NCBI GenBank assembly: GCA_965208575.1
Contig: CBDBOV010000003.1
Location: 736,001-800,000 of the forward strand
Length of the DNA stretch: 64,000 nucleotides
Reading direction: 5' to 3'
Origin: Spirochaetia bacterium
Lineage (GTDB): Bacteria; Spirochaetota; Spirochaetia; SZUA-6; Bin103
Shown: positions 1 through 9,468 of the stretch, piece after piece
Position numbering within the stretch: the stretch's first letter is position 1
Layout of the letters: the number at the start of each line of letters is the position of its first letter
Translations under genes and position numbers: made by a program
Notes under the pieces: generated by a model
Seen by the model: only the letters and a program-made list of their open reading frames with translations
The model's database searches: none
What the model was told of the DNA's origin: nothing

Positions 1-1239
1 CGCTTCTGCATCTTCCGGGCGATACTCATACTCACGCTTGACCTCGTCGGGCCATTCTTCATATGACCAGACCCAATCGGTAAGATTCGGCATATAAATC
101 CCATAAGGCGCTACAACTCCTAGACCTTTATAGATACTAGCGTTGATTGCCTCGTTGTCCACTGCCATCTGCAGCGCCTTGCGCACTCTTACGTCCTGCA
201 TCAGCGGCAAAGACTGGTTGAATGTCAAGGCGCCTGGGGTATTTACAATGAAATGGAATTGGAGTTCAGGGTTGCTCTTCTGCAGGCTTTCTATAGTGTC
301 GACATTGCTTATCTGAGAGTCGCCTGGGTTACCAACATAATCAACCTTACGCGAGCGCAATGCCGCAATACGTGTGGCCTCGTCTGGTAACAGCACGGAC
401 CTCAACTCGTCAATATAGGGCACGGGGTTCCCGAATTTTTCGTCAACACCCCAGTAGTCGGGATTCTTTATATAGGTTTGCGAGGCGCCCTCCACAAATT
501 CAGTCAGTTCATAGGGCCCGGTGCCGACCAGGTTCCTCCAGTCCTCGAAGCTATTTTCATTCACGTATACCTCGGGGGCGTACATAGGAGTCATCTTGTT
601 CAGGAATAGCTCCTCAGCATTGATCAGAGGATTCGTCAGCTTGAACTCGACCGTATAGTCGTCGGTGGCCGTTATCGAGTCGAACTCCAGACCACCCAGT
701 GTGTGGGGGTGGGGGGCCGGTGGGAGCTCGGCGAAACGAGCGATACCAGCATAGCGCTCGTAGTTCCATACGACGTCATGAGCATTGAATTCCCGACCGT
801 TCACCGGCGCCTTGTCATGCCAGTGAACGCCCTGCCGGACATGCCAGATGAACGTCGACTCGTCGGGCATTTCCCAGCTTGTGGCCAGACCGGGTCCGTA
901 CATCTGTGTGCCCGTATACGCCCAAACCATGTCAGTGACGAGATCCCTGTCTACATCCCAGTTGCCAAAGGCCATCTGCTCCAAAACGCCACTGTAGAAG
1001 TGAGCGGCCCAGCCACTGGCCGACCACACGTCGGCATTCACAGGATAGTGCCTAGGGGCCCACGTGAGTGTCCCGCCATACTCTGGCGCGGTCCACGTCT
1101 GGCCGGAGGCGGGGTCGAACACCGTCTCTCTGTCGGTGGCGGCTGCCGGCTCCTCTTCTTCGCCACCGGCCCAGAGGCCGGTCGCGGTCAGCACCAGGAC
1201 CAGCGCTACCGCGAAGGTCCTTGCAATAGATATCTTCAT
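1..1239 (-). CDS. ABC transporter substrate-binding protein, family 5 (peptide/nickel type); partial, runs off the left edge
   Basis: Not in the ORF track. Manual translation from ATG at 1239 gives MKISIARTFAVALVLVLTATGLWAGGEEEEPAAA...PEYGGTL...GLATSWEMPDESTFIWHVRQGVHWHDKAPVNGREFNAHDV, a family-5 SBP signature. SD AAGGAG lies upstream. The same frame reads ...EEWPDEVKREYEYRPEDAEA at the edge. Confidence 0.9.
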   Translation of the reverse strand, partial: MKISIARTFAVALVLVLTATGLWAGGEEEEPAAATDRETVFDPASGQTWTAPEYGGTLTWAPRHYPVNADVWSASGWAAHFYSGVLEQMAFGNWDVDRDLVTDMVWAYTGTQMYGPGLATSWEMPDESTFIWHVRQGVHWHDKAPVNGREFNAHDVVWNYERYAGIARFAELPPAPHPHTLGGLEFDSITATDDYTVEFKLTNPLINAEELFLNKMTPMYAPEVYVNENSFEDWRNLVGTGPYELTEFVEGASQTYIKNPDYWGVDEKFGNPVPYIDELRSVLLPDEATRIAALRSRKVDYVGNPGDSQISNVDTIESLQKSNPELQFHFIVNTPGALTFNQSLPLMQDVRVRKALQMAVDNEAINASIYKGLGVVAPYGIYMPNLTDWVWSYEEWPDEVKREYEYRPEDAEA

Positions 1240-1751
1240 CGTTTCTCCTTCGATGTCACGTTGAGAGTATTGCGGAGCGGATTGCCGCTCCCTGGCCACC
1301 CGCAACGCAGACGGCCAGTCCGAGTCAAGTCACCAAATAGCGCGCAGCGTGTGACTCATCCGGGTGCACCCCGGCCCACGCCGAGCGCGCGTGCGGTTAT
1401 TTGAGTATCGTTCGAACCTCCTTCTTCACTGGATCTACGTCGGGATCTGCGTTACACCGCCACGCGTGGCGGTGGTCTGAGCAGCAGTGAGTCTGAATGG
1501 CCGGCAACGCCGGCGGTGGGTTTTGCGGGCAGTCAGTCGCGGGCAGCGATCCGGGACGGCTGCCCTCGCCGCCGGGAAGGGTGGGGGCGGCCCGCATGCC
1601 GGTTCGGCTATGGGTGGAGCCGGTGCCACCAATAGCTACGGCGGTATTGGGGGCGACGGCGTGCGCGGGGTCGCGTACCGGGCTGCTGCGCTTACGCCAT
1701 CCTGGCGCGTCGTCATGGCGCTTCATCGGCATCCGTCGCTCCAACGGGGCC

Positions 1752-1781
1752 ACGCTAGCATAGGCGTGGCGCGCCTGTCAA
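1752..1781 (-). promoter_or_regulatory. Candidate sigma70-type promoter (TTGACA-18-TAGCGT with extended TG)
   Basis: The minus strand reads TTGACA ggcgcgccacgcctatgc TAGCGT, pointing toward the SBP gene about 510 nt downstream. Confidence 0.4.
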
Positions 1782-1903
1782 CGACCATCGGACGGCTTTC
1801 AGGGCGATCCCATGCTGATGAGGACTGGAAATCCTTGGAGGCAGTCTCCATCGCGGGCGCGCTGCTCATCCGCGCTGCGCTGCACCGCCAGCTTGCGGTT
1901 CGC

Positions 1904-3568
1904 TCAGAGAGCGCCGCCGCGCGCCGCCGCCACGGGCGGCTGCCACAGCACGTCGAGCGCCGCCGCCACGTTCAGCGATTCGCCGTACCACTCGGGAGTA
2001 GCGGTGTGCGGACCGATGCTGATGCCGGCCGCCGCCAGGCGCTCCAGGGTCGGCGCCAGCGGCGGCCCGACACCCTCCCAGCGCGGCGCCGGTGGCACCG
2101 CCGCCAGCGGCTCGCCATTCGGGCGCAGGAACCGGAACCCCCCGGCGCCGTCAGCGGCCACCTGAAACCCCTCCTCGTGCACCGCTCGGTGATGGAATCT
2201 GCAGACGAGAACCAGGTTGAAGAGCTGCGTCTCCCCGCCGTCGGCCCAGTGCATGACGTGATGGGCGTCGCAGTGGCGGGACTCGCAGCCGGGGAACTGG
2301 CACTGGTTGCGATCCCTGCTCTGCAGGGCACGGCGCAGGGCGGTCGGGACGGTGCGGGTCTTGCGGCCCACGTCGAGCACCTCGCCGTCGGCGGCGTGGC
2401 ACAGCTCCACGAGGCCGGCATCGCAGGCGACGCGGCGCGCTGCCTCCTTGCCGACGTGGATGCCCCCTGCTTGTTCGATCACCGCCTGCCCGGCGTCGCG
2501 GCCAGGCATCGGGGCCGCCAGGTCGCGGTCGGGCGTCGCCTCGGTGGCCGGTAGTTTCTCCGCGTGCTCGATGGACACTTGCTCCGTCACCGCGTCCAGT
2601 GACGCTGCCGCCGGTGCGCAGGCTGCCTCGCTGCCCGGCGCAATTTCCGCGGAAACGTGCCGCGGGGCCGCGGCGGCCTCGCGGCAGCAAAGCCCGTCAG
2701 CCTCCACGTGTACCGTCACCTGGAAGCGGTCGCCGCTGCTGCCCGGATCAAGCCCGCCGGCCAGCGCGCTCTCGGCCACCAGCCCCAGCGCATCCGCACG
2801 CCGCTGCGCGATGCTCGCCTCGTCGCCGCCGGCGGCATCGTCCTCCTCCGCCGCCGGCACCTGCTCCAGGGCCGCCTCCAGGGCCCGCAGCACTACCGCG
2901 CCTACCTCAGGCGTAAGCCGCGCCCGCAGCACCACCATGCCGTCCTCGTCCACCCGCGTGGTCAGCGTGCGCCGTTCCAGCCGCACCTGCTCGGCGTCCG
3001 GCTGCGCCTCTCGGTCCGCCTGCCGCCACCCGCGCACCAGCCGCTCCACCTGCGCCCCGGTGGCACAGCAGGCCACGGCAATCAGCCGTGCCTCGTTGTC
3101 GGCGGTGGCCACTCGAGTCAGGGCGCGTACGATGGAGTAGGACAGCCGACCGCAGGCCATGGCCGCGGAGAGGTGGTTGAGATCGGCCAGCGCAGCGGCC
3201 ACGCGCAGCTTCTCGCGGGCAGCGCCGAGGTCGAGGCCGGTGCGCCAGTTCAGCCAGTGGGCGCAGGAACGGAAGCCCTCCCAGCCGTGGTGGCGGTCGA
3301 ACTCGCGCACGTCACACAGCAACTCGTAGGTGGCGGCCTGGATGCGCGCCGACAGCTCGGCGATGCGGTTGCCGAGCTGATTCAGGTCGGGCGGTGCCTC
3401 CGGGGCCGGAGGCGCTGCGCTGTCGGCAACGGCGAGCGTCGCAGTCTCGCTCGCGCCGGGCGCCCTCGCAGCGGTGGTGGCCGCGGTCGCGGCCGGGTCG
3501 GTGGCTGCCGGGTCAGGCCGCGCTGACGGCGCCGGCGGGCGCGGCAGCGTATAGGTGTCAGGTGCCAT
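1904..3568 (-). CDS. DUF222 domain / HNH endonuclease (13E12-repeat-like) protein
   Basis: N-terminal 'FDRHHGWEGFRSCAHWLNWRTG...AREKLRVA' region (DUF222-like). C-terminal 'RDRNQCQFPGC...DAHHVMHWADGGETQLFNLVLVCRFHHRAVHE' HNH motif. Start placed at MAPDTY. Confidence 0.88.
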   Translation of the reverse strand: MAPDTYTLPRPPAPSARPDPAATDPAATAATTAARAPGASETATLAVADSAAPPAPEAPPDLNQLGNRIAELSARIQAATYELLCDVREFDRHHGWEGFRSCAHWLNWRTGLDLGAAREKLRVAAALADLNHLSAAMACGRLSYSIVRALTRVATADNEARLIAVACCATGAQVERLVRGWRQADREAQPDAEQVRLERRTLTTRVDEDGMVVLRARLTPEVGAVVLRALEAALEQVPAAEEDDAAGGDEASIAQRRADALGLVAESALAGGLDPGSSGDRFQVTVHVEADGLCCREAAAAPRHVSAEIAPGSEAACAPAAASLDAVTEQVSIEHAEKLPATEATPDRDLAAPMPGRDAGQAVIEQAGGIHVGKEAARRVACDAGLVELCHAADGEVLDVGRKTRTVPTALRRALQSRDRNQCQFPGCESRHCDAHHVMHWADGGETQLFNLVLVCRFHHRAVHEEGFQVAADGAGGFRFLRPNGEPLAAVPPAPRWEGVGPPLAPTLERLAAAGISIGPHTATPEWYGESLNVAAALDVLWQPPVAAARGGAL

Positions 3569-3951
3569 GCCGCCATGGTACACCCGGTATTCGGTGCCCC
3601 CGTGCCGGCCCGTGGACGAGCCGCCCGTCCGATTTGGGCTTTGCGGGCCAGACCCGGACGCGGCGGGCCGAGAGCGCGCGCTGAGGGCGCCAAGGGGGGG
3701 CGGAACAGGCGGGGTCGGGGACGTGGCCCAATCGCGCGCCCGAAACCATGTCAACCCCCTCAGGCCCGCAGCGAGCGATTTTCTCGACTTTTTTCAGGCA
3801 CTCGGCCCACGGCGAAGTGACAGCGTGGTCGGCCTGATGATAATCTTGCTGCTCTCCTTACCGCTGACCCCTCGTGGCCTGAGCGCCGGGCCACCGCTCC
3901 GTGAGCCGGGGAGGCTTTTCGGTGGGGGTTGTTTCACGGTATCTGTCTCCC

Positions 3952-4998
3952 ATGCAAGAGACCGGAGGAGGCGGAGCGATCATCGATCCCGGCCGCGAGA
4001 TCGTGGAGGCGCATCACCACCTGTGGCCGCATGCCCGGATGCCGGTGGACTGGCCCGGCAGCGGGGGAGGCCCGGACGGCTACCGGCTCCGCGAGCTGTA
4101 CGCCGACCTGTGCACCGGACACAACGTGGTGCAGACGGTGTTCCTGCAGTGCGGCGCGAGCTACCGCGCCGGCGGCCCGGAGCACCTGCGGCCGGTGGGA
4201 GAGACGGAGTGGGTGGCGCAGATCGCGCGTCAGTCGCAGGCCGGGCCAGGACCGGCAGTCGCCGGCATCGTGGCGCACGCCGACCTGCGGCTCGGCGGTG
4301 CGCTCGAAGAGGTGCTCGATGCTCACGAGGCCGCCGGAGAGGGGCGCTTCTGCGGCATTCGCCATGGCCTGGCCCGCGGCGACCACCGCGCCGGCACCGC
4401 GCTTGCCCCCGGCCCCGCGCCGGCGGGTCTGGCTCGGGACGAGGCGTTCCGGGCCGGCGTGCGGCTGCTCGGCCGCCGCGGACTGCCCTACGAGAGCTGG
4501 CACTACCACTACCAGATGGAGGAGTTCATCGCCCTCGCCCGCGCCGTGCCCGACACGGTTATGGTGCTGGATCACTTCGGCACCCCGGTCGGCGTGGGCC
4601 GCTACCAATCGCAGCGCGCCGAGGTCTACGCACAACTGAACCGCAACCTGGCGGCCGCGGCCGCCTGTCCGAACGTGGTCGCCAAGCTCGGCGGCCTGGC
4701 GATGTGGGACAACGGGTTCCCGTGGGCGGAGCGCGGCACCCGCGCCACCGCCGAGGAGCTGGCGGCGGCCCAGCGCCCCTACTACCTGCACGCGATCGAC
4801 TGCTTCGGGCCGGAGCGCTGCATGTTCGAGAGCAACTTCCCCGTGGACCGGGTATCGGTCAGCTATCGCGACCTCTACAACGCATTCAAGCTGATGGTCT
4901 CCGACTTCTCCGACGCGGACAAGGACGCCCTGTTCAGCGGCACCGCCCGCCGCGTGTACCGGTTACCCGCCCTTTCGAGGCGGCCGCGTCCAGAATAG
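3952..4998 (+). CDS. Amidohydrolase_2 family metal-dependent hydrolase
   Basis: Motifs 'EAHHHLW', 'VLDHFGTP', 'AKLGGL' and 'FGPERCMFESNFPVD'. Confidence 0.88.
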   Translation: MQETGGGGAIIDPGREIVEAHHHLWPHARMPVDWPGSGGGPDGYRLRELYADLCTGHNVVQTVFLQCGASYRAGGPEHLRPVGETEWVAQIARQSQAGPGPAVAGIVAHADLRLGGALEEVLDAHEAAGEGRFCGIRHGLARGDHRAGTALAPGPAPAGLARDEAFRAGVRLLGRRGLPYESWHYHYQMEEFIALARAVPDTVMVLDHFGTPVGVGRYQSQRAEVYAQLNRNLAAAAACPNVVAKLGGLAMWDNGFPWAERGTRATAEELAAAQRPYYLHAIDCFGPERCMFESNFPVDRVSVSYRDLYNAFKLMVSDFSDADKDALFSGTARRVYRLPALSRRPRPE

Positions 4999-5057
4999 TA
5001 CCTGTCTATACTCGAAACTTTCTGTAACGAGAGAATTATTTCGATTACAATACGACC

Positions 5058-6272
5058 ATGTACGAGATCAAGCGCGGAACGTATCTCGACAAGCTGGTGC
5101 GCTACGTCGACGCGCCGGTGGCCGTGGCGGTGGTGGGACTCCGGCGGGTCGGAAAGAGCGTGCTCCTGCGTCAGTTCGCCCAGCTTCTGCGTGACCGGGG
5201 CAGCGTGGTGTACGTCGACATGGAGGAGATCGCGTTCGAGTGGATCCGCGATGCCGGAGACCTCGTAGCGCACGTAGCGAAGCACAGGGCCGTCGGTCCG
5301 ACGTACGTGATTGTCGACGAGGTGCAACAGATTCGCGACTGGGAGCGCGCGGTGGCTTCGCTCCAGAACCGGAACGAGACCCACGTCGTCGTCTCCGGTT
5401 CGAATTCGACGCTGTTCGCCGGAGAACTCGCGACACGCCTGGCCGGGCGCTACGTGACCGTACGCGTGCTGCCGCTGTCGCTGCGCGAATTCGGGGAGCT
5501 CTACTCCGCGACCCAGCGGGAAACGCCGGCGCCGGCCGATCTGTTCTCGCGCTACCGCGCGCTGGGAGGCTTGCCCGGACTGCTCCATACCGATCTCTCC
5601 GCCGACCTCGTTCGGCAGATGCTGCGCGATGTCTACAGCACGATCACTCTGCGTGATGTCGTGCAGCGGCAGTCGATCCGCGATCTGGACATGTTCGAGT
5701 CGATCGTCCGCTTTGCCATGGACAATGTCGGCAATCTCACGTCAGGCAAGCGGATCTCGGACTTCATGCGTTCTCAGCAGCGGCGTGGAACGGCCGACAC
5801 CGTGCTGAATTACCTTTCCTATCTGTGCGACGCGTTCGTGCTGGACAAGGTCGACCGGTTCGACGTGCGCGGCAAGCGCCACCTGCAAGTCGGCAGCAAG
5901 TACTACCTGGGCGATCTCGGGCTGCGCCGGGGACTTCTGGGTACCCGGGAGCGGTGGATTGCCGGCGACCTGGAGAACCTGGTGTTCCACGAGTTGCTGC
6001 GCCGTGACTATCAAGTGGCGGTGGGCACCGTCGGCAGCCGGGAGATCGACTTCGTTGCGGAGGGGGTGAACGGGCGCGTGTACGTGCAGGTGAGCTACCT
6101 GATCGGGGCACCGGAGACGCTGGAGCGGGAGAAGTCGTCCCTCCTGCGCACCGGGGACGCACACGCCAAGGTGATTCTTTCCATGGACCCGATAGCGCCG
6201 GGACCGCTCGACGGCATCAGGCACCTCAACCTGGTCGATTTTCTGTCGGGAGCCGCTCTGCCGACCGATTAG
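5058..6272 (+). CDS. AAA_14 / DUF4143 ATP-binding protein
   Basis: Walker A GLRRVGKS, Walker B VIVDEVQ, SGSNS, 'KYYLGDLGLR', 'LENLVFHELLRR' and 'EIDFVA...YVQVSY'. Confidence 0.9.
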   Translation: MYEIKRGTYLDKLVRYVDAPVAVAVVGLRRVGKSVLLRQFAQLLRDRGSVVYVDMEEIAFEWIRDAGDLVAHVAKHRAVGPTYVIVDEVQQIRDWERAVASLQNRNETHVVVSGSNSTLFAGELATRLAGRYVTVRVLPLSLREFGELYSATQRETPAPADLFSRYRALGGLPGLLHTDLSADLVRQMLRDVYSTITLRDVVQRQSIRDLDMFESIVRFAMDNVGNLTSGKRISDFMRSQQRRGTADTVLNYLSYLCDAFVLDKVDRFDVRGKRHLQVGSKYYLGDLGLRRGLLGTRERWIAGDLENLVFHELLRRDYQVAVGTVGSREIDFVAEGVNGRVYVQVSYLIGAPETLEREKSSLLRTGDAHAKVILSMDPIAPGPLDGIRHLNLVDFLSGAALPTD

Positions 6273-6326
6273 GTCGGCGAGGCTTGACGGCCGGCTGTTT
6301 GCGTTCTTATGTTCCGCCGCTCGACC

Positions 6327-7379
6327 ATGGCATTCGAATCACGAGTCTACGCGCTGCGCATCGAGCAGCACCCCAACGCCGACCGCCTGGAGCTGGCGGC
6401 GATCGGCGGGTTCCGTTGCGTCGTCGGCAAGGACAGCTTCACCGACGGCGACCTGGCAGCCTACATCCCGGAAGGCGCGGTGTGCCCCGGCTGGCTGATC
6501 GCCGAGCTGGGGCTGGAAGGCAAGCTGGCCGGCAGCAAGAAGAACCGCGTCAAGGCCGTGCAACTGCGCGGCTCGCTGTCGCAGGGGCTGGTCTACCCGG
6601 TCCGCGACGGCATGATCCGCGGACGAGAGGTCGTCGAGGGCGACGACGTCACCGAGCTGCTGGAACTGGTCAAGTACGAGCCGCCGATCCCGATCTCGAT
6701 GCAGGGCGAGGTGGTTGCCGCGCACGGCGCCACCGTCAAGTACGACATCGAGGACTTCAAGAAGTACCCGGAGGAGTTCCGCGCCGGCGAGCCGGTGGCG
6801 ATCACGGAGAAGCTGCACGGCACCTGGTGCTGCCTCGGCTGGCACCCCGAGCACGGCCCGATCGTCACCTCCAAGGGGATGTCGGACAAGGGCCTGGTGC
6901 TGCTGCTGAACGAGGCGAACGAAGGCAACCTGTACGTGCGGACCTGGACCGCACATCATGAGGCGTTCGAGGCGGCGCGTACCCGTCTCGCCGGCGACGG
7001 TGCGCCGTGCTACGTCCTGGGCGAGGTATACGGCCGCGGCGTGCAGGACCTGCACTACGGCAAGCCCAACCCCGACTTCGCGGTGTTCGACGCCTACGTG
7101 GGCGAGCCGGGACAGGGCCGCTACCTGACCCCGGACGAGTTGGCCGAGTCGCTGAGCGACCTGTTTCCGCTGGTGCCGGTGCTGTTCCGGGGGCCGTTCA
7201 GCCTGGCGAAACTGCAGGAGCTGACCGACGGCGCCACCACGCTCGGCGGCGCGCACGTGCGCGAAGGCGTGGTGGTGCGGCCGGCCGCCGAGCGTGTCTC
7301 GCACGAGTTCGGCCGGGTAATCCTGAAGAGCGTCTCCGGCAAGTACCTGACCCGCCGCGGCGGAACGGAGTTCAACTGA
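6327..7379 (+). CDS. ATP-dependent RNA ligase, DRB0094/Rnl5 family
   Basis: N-terminal OB module 'HPNADRLELA...YIPEGAV...LRGSLSQGL'. Nucleotidyltransferase motif I 'TEKLHGT', plus 'GEVYGRGVQ', 'FD', 'REGVVVRP' and 'ILKSVS..YL'. Confidence 0.9.
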   Translation: MAFESRVYALRIEQHPNADRLELAAIGGFRCVVGKDSFTDGDLAAYIPEGAVCPGWLIAELGLEGKLAGSKKNRVKAVQLRGSLSQGLVYPVRDGMIRGREVVEGDDVTELLELVKYEPPIPISMQGEVVAAHGATVKYDIEDFKKYPEEFRAGEPVAITEKLHGTWCCLGWHPEHGPIVTSKGMSDKGLVLLLNEANEGNLYVRTWTAHHEAFEAARTRLAGDGAPCYVLGEVYGRGVQDLHYGKPNPDFAVFDAYVGEPGQGRYLTPDELAESLSDLFPLVPVLFRGPFSLAKLQELTDGATTLGGAHVREGVVVRPAAERVSHEFGRVILKSVSGKYLTRRGGTEFN

Positions 7380-7386
7380 GCCGCCC

Positions 7387-7602
7387 ATGACTGCCAGAAA
7401 TCCGCGCTTGGACTCACATCGAGCCGTGCCGAACCGACGTGGTGATGACCAAGCTGCCGAGGACCTCATACGCCGAGGCATTGTGGAACCTCGTACGGCG
7501 CCATGTACCGTCGACGAGTTGCAGGCGATGCCGAGTCCCCGCTTGCCGGATGGGGTCAGTGCCAGCCACCTGATCGCCGCGGAACGCTTGGATGAGCGGT
7601 GA
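7387..7602 (+). CDS. Small protein resembling the C-terminal part of a type II antitoxin (orphan or remnant)
   Basis: 71-aa ORF with 'LIRRGIVEP...SASHLIAAER..ER', resembling VapB/Phd tails. No toxin follows it. Confidence 0.35.
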   Translation: MTARNPRLDSHRAVPNRRGDDQAAEDLIRRGIVEPRTAPCTVDELQAMPSPRLPDGVSASHLIAAERLDER

Positions 7603-7653
7603 CGTGTAGTGAGAAGCGGCGTCAGGTGACCGCCGCGCCGGCCTTTGGCCGGG

Positions 7654-8838
7654 TCAGGCGGGCGGCGGCTTGGCGAAGCCGCGCGTCTGGTCCGAGTCTG
7701 GTTCACGGGCGGCGGCCAGGCGGTTGCCGATCCGGAAGCGGATGCCGAGCAGGTTGGGGCGCTCCTCGACGGCGTCGACGATCACCGGGCCGAGTGCGCC
7801 GCCGAACTTGAAGCCGTGGCCGCTGCCGCCGCCGGCCACGAAGATGCGCTCCGATCCAGGTACGCGGTCTATGAGGAAGTGGTCGTCCGGTGTGTTGGTG
7901 TACAGACAGGAGCGCCCCTCGACGACCGTTCCGGTGGCCAGACCAGGAAGCCGGCGGCGCATGAAGTCGACGGCGTCGCGGGCGAATTCCGCGGTGCCGG
8001 CGCGCTCGACGTCGGGGTCCACGGTTGCGCCGAGCCGGTCGCGGGCGATCTTCGCGTAGCCGCCGCGCAGGAGCGGAAACCCGTACCAGCCCTCGCCGTC
8101 CTCGTCGATCATCCACACCGGCAAGTGGTCGCCGCTGAACGCGCGCGGGTCCCGCGGCTCGATCAACAGCATCTGCTGACGCGTTACCCTGACCCTGGCG
8201 CCGACGCCGGGCAGGAGCCGGCCCACCCACGGACCGGCCGCGACCACGATGCGGTCGAACCGCTCGCGTCCGTCCCGGTACGTCACCTCGACGCCCGCCG
8301 CCTGCTCCTCGACGCGGGTGACCGGTGTTGAAGCGCACACCCGGCAACCGCTGTCGCGGGCGATGCCGGCCATGACGCCGACGGCGCGGGCGCTCTCCAG
8401 GTAGCCGGCCCACGGGTCGAACACGCACGTCTCTCCGGCGGCGAAGCGGAGCTGCGGAAAACGCTTCCCGGCCTCGTCCGCTGACAGCACCGCGATCTCG
8501 GCGCCGCGGTCGAGAAGGAAGTCGGCGCTGGCCCGCATCGGGCTGTCGGCACTGAAATCGGCTACTGCCCGAAGGCTGCCGACCTGGTGATAGAACCGTT
8601 CCCCCGACCGCTCCTCCCAGGCCTGCCACTGAACGGCCGCTCGTTCCGCCAGCTCGACGTAGGTCTCGTTGTCGCTGGCATACCACATGCGGCGCATCCC
8701 CTTGGACACGTCGGTGGAGCTGGCCCCGGGGTGGGGTATCTCCCCCTGCTCGAACACCGACACCACGTGCCCTCGGTCCGCCGCCTCGATGGCAGCCGCC
8801 AGACCGAACACCCCCGCCCCGACCACTCCGATCCGCAT
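7654..8838 (-). CDS. FAD-dependent oxidoreductase (sarcosine oxidase / fructosyl-amine oxidase-like)
   Basis: Rossmann motif GAGVFG, 'ASSTDVSK', 'CLYTNTPDDHFLID' and 'GGSGHGFKFG'. Confidence 0.88.
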   Translation of the reverse strand: MRIGVVGAGVFGLAAAIEAADRGHVVSVFEQGEIPHPGASSTDVSKGMRRMWYASDNETYVELAERAAVQWQAWEERSGERFYHQVGSLRAVADFSADSPMRASADFLLDRGAEIAVLSADEAGKRFPQLRFAAGETCVFDPWAGYLESARAVGVMAGIARDSGCRVCASTPVTRVEEQAAGVEVTYRDGRERFDRIVVAAGPWVGRLLPGVGARVRVTRQQMLLIEPRDPRAFSGDHLPVWMIDEDGEGWYGFPLLRGGYAKIARDRLGATVDPDVERAGTAEFARDAVDFMRRRLPGLATGTVVEGRSCLYTNTPDDHFLIDRVPGSERIFVAGGGSGHGFKFGGALGPVIVDAVEERPNLLGIRFRIGNRLAAAREPDSDQTRGFAKPPPA

Positions 8839-8908
8839 TCACGCAGCATAGCCACGCGAGCTTGGCACGGCCAGGGAGGCGCTGTCTCTCCTTGCGCGGT
8901 CTCTTCGA

Positions 8909-9217
8909 CTACACGACTTCCCAGGGGCGGTGCGCCTGCAACGTGAGGTCACGGCTACCATGCAGGACCGCGATGATGTACAGGTTCTCTGGCTGCACCA
9001 GGTACATGATCCGATAGCTGCGAAAAAGGAGTTCGCGGACATCGTCGCGTTGTGCTTCCGGCACCAGACGACCAATCTCCGGATACGAGCCTATGTCTTC
9101 GACCACGGCCAGAATTCGCTCGACAAATTGCCGGGCGTAGTACGGTGAGTCCCGTGCGATGTGGTCGCGAATGTCTCGGAGGTCGGCTCGCGCGTGATCG
9201 GCCCAGCTAACTCTCAC
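8909..9217 (-). CDS. Type II toxin, RelE/ParE family
   Basis: 'WADHARADLRDIRDHIARDSPYYA...PEIGRLVPE...RELLFRSYRIMY...IIAVLHGSRDL'. Overlaps the upstream antitoxin. Confidence 0.88.
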   Translation of the reverse strand: MRVSWADHARADLRDIRDHIARDSPYYARQFVERILAVVEDIGSYPEIGRLVPEAQRDDVRELLFRSYRIMYLVQPENLYIIAVLHGSRDLTLQAHRPWEVV

Positions 9218-9401
9218 GCTCAAGAAGCTCGGCTCTGACGCGCTCGTGCGGGATGACCCTCTGAGCTTCGACATCGGCGATCCCCCGGTCGATCTTCTGC
9301 TTCACATAGAGTTCGTACATGAGATCGTCCCAGGTAGCGTCGTCGCGAAGCCGTTCGATCACGTCGCGGGCAGATTCCTTGACGGAGGGCATGGTCTTCA
9401 T
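9207..9401 (-). CDS. Antitoxin partner of the ParE-family toxin
   Basis: 64 aa with 'LRDDATWDDLMYELYVKQKIDRGIADV...IPHE', a typical small ParE-associated antitoxin. A TTGACA box lies at 9422-9427 upstream. Confidence 0.82.
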   Translation of the reverse strand: MKTMPSVKESARDVIERLRDDATWDDLMYELYVKQKIDRGIADVEAQRVIPHERVRAELLERES

Positions 9402-9468
9402 TCTCTACGCTGCCAAGAGTGTGTCAACCGTGCCGTGCCGCTCCACTGACCGGCACGCATCGGCTGCG

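Noticed and set aside
703-1404. 233-aa plus-strand ORF (and 360..587)
   Set aside because: Antisense to the clear SBP gene at 1..1239.
1904-3790. Insertion sequence with terminal inverted repeats
   Set aside because: No DDE, HUH or serine transposase motifs and no convincing IRs or target duplication. The recurring TGTCAA words are better explained as minus-strand -35 boxes.
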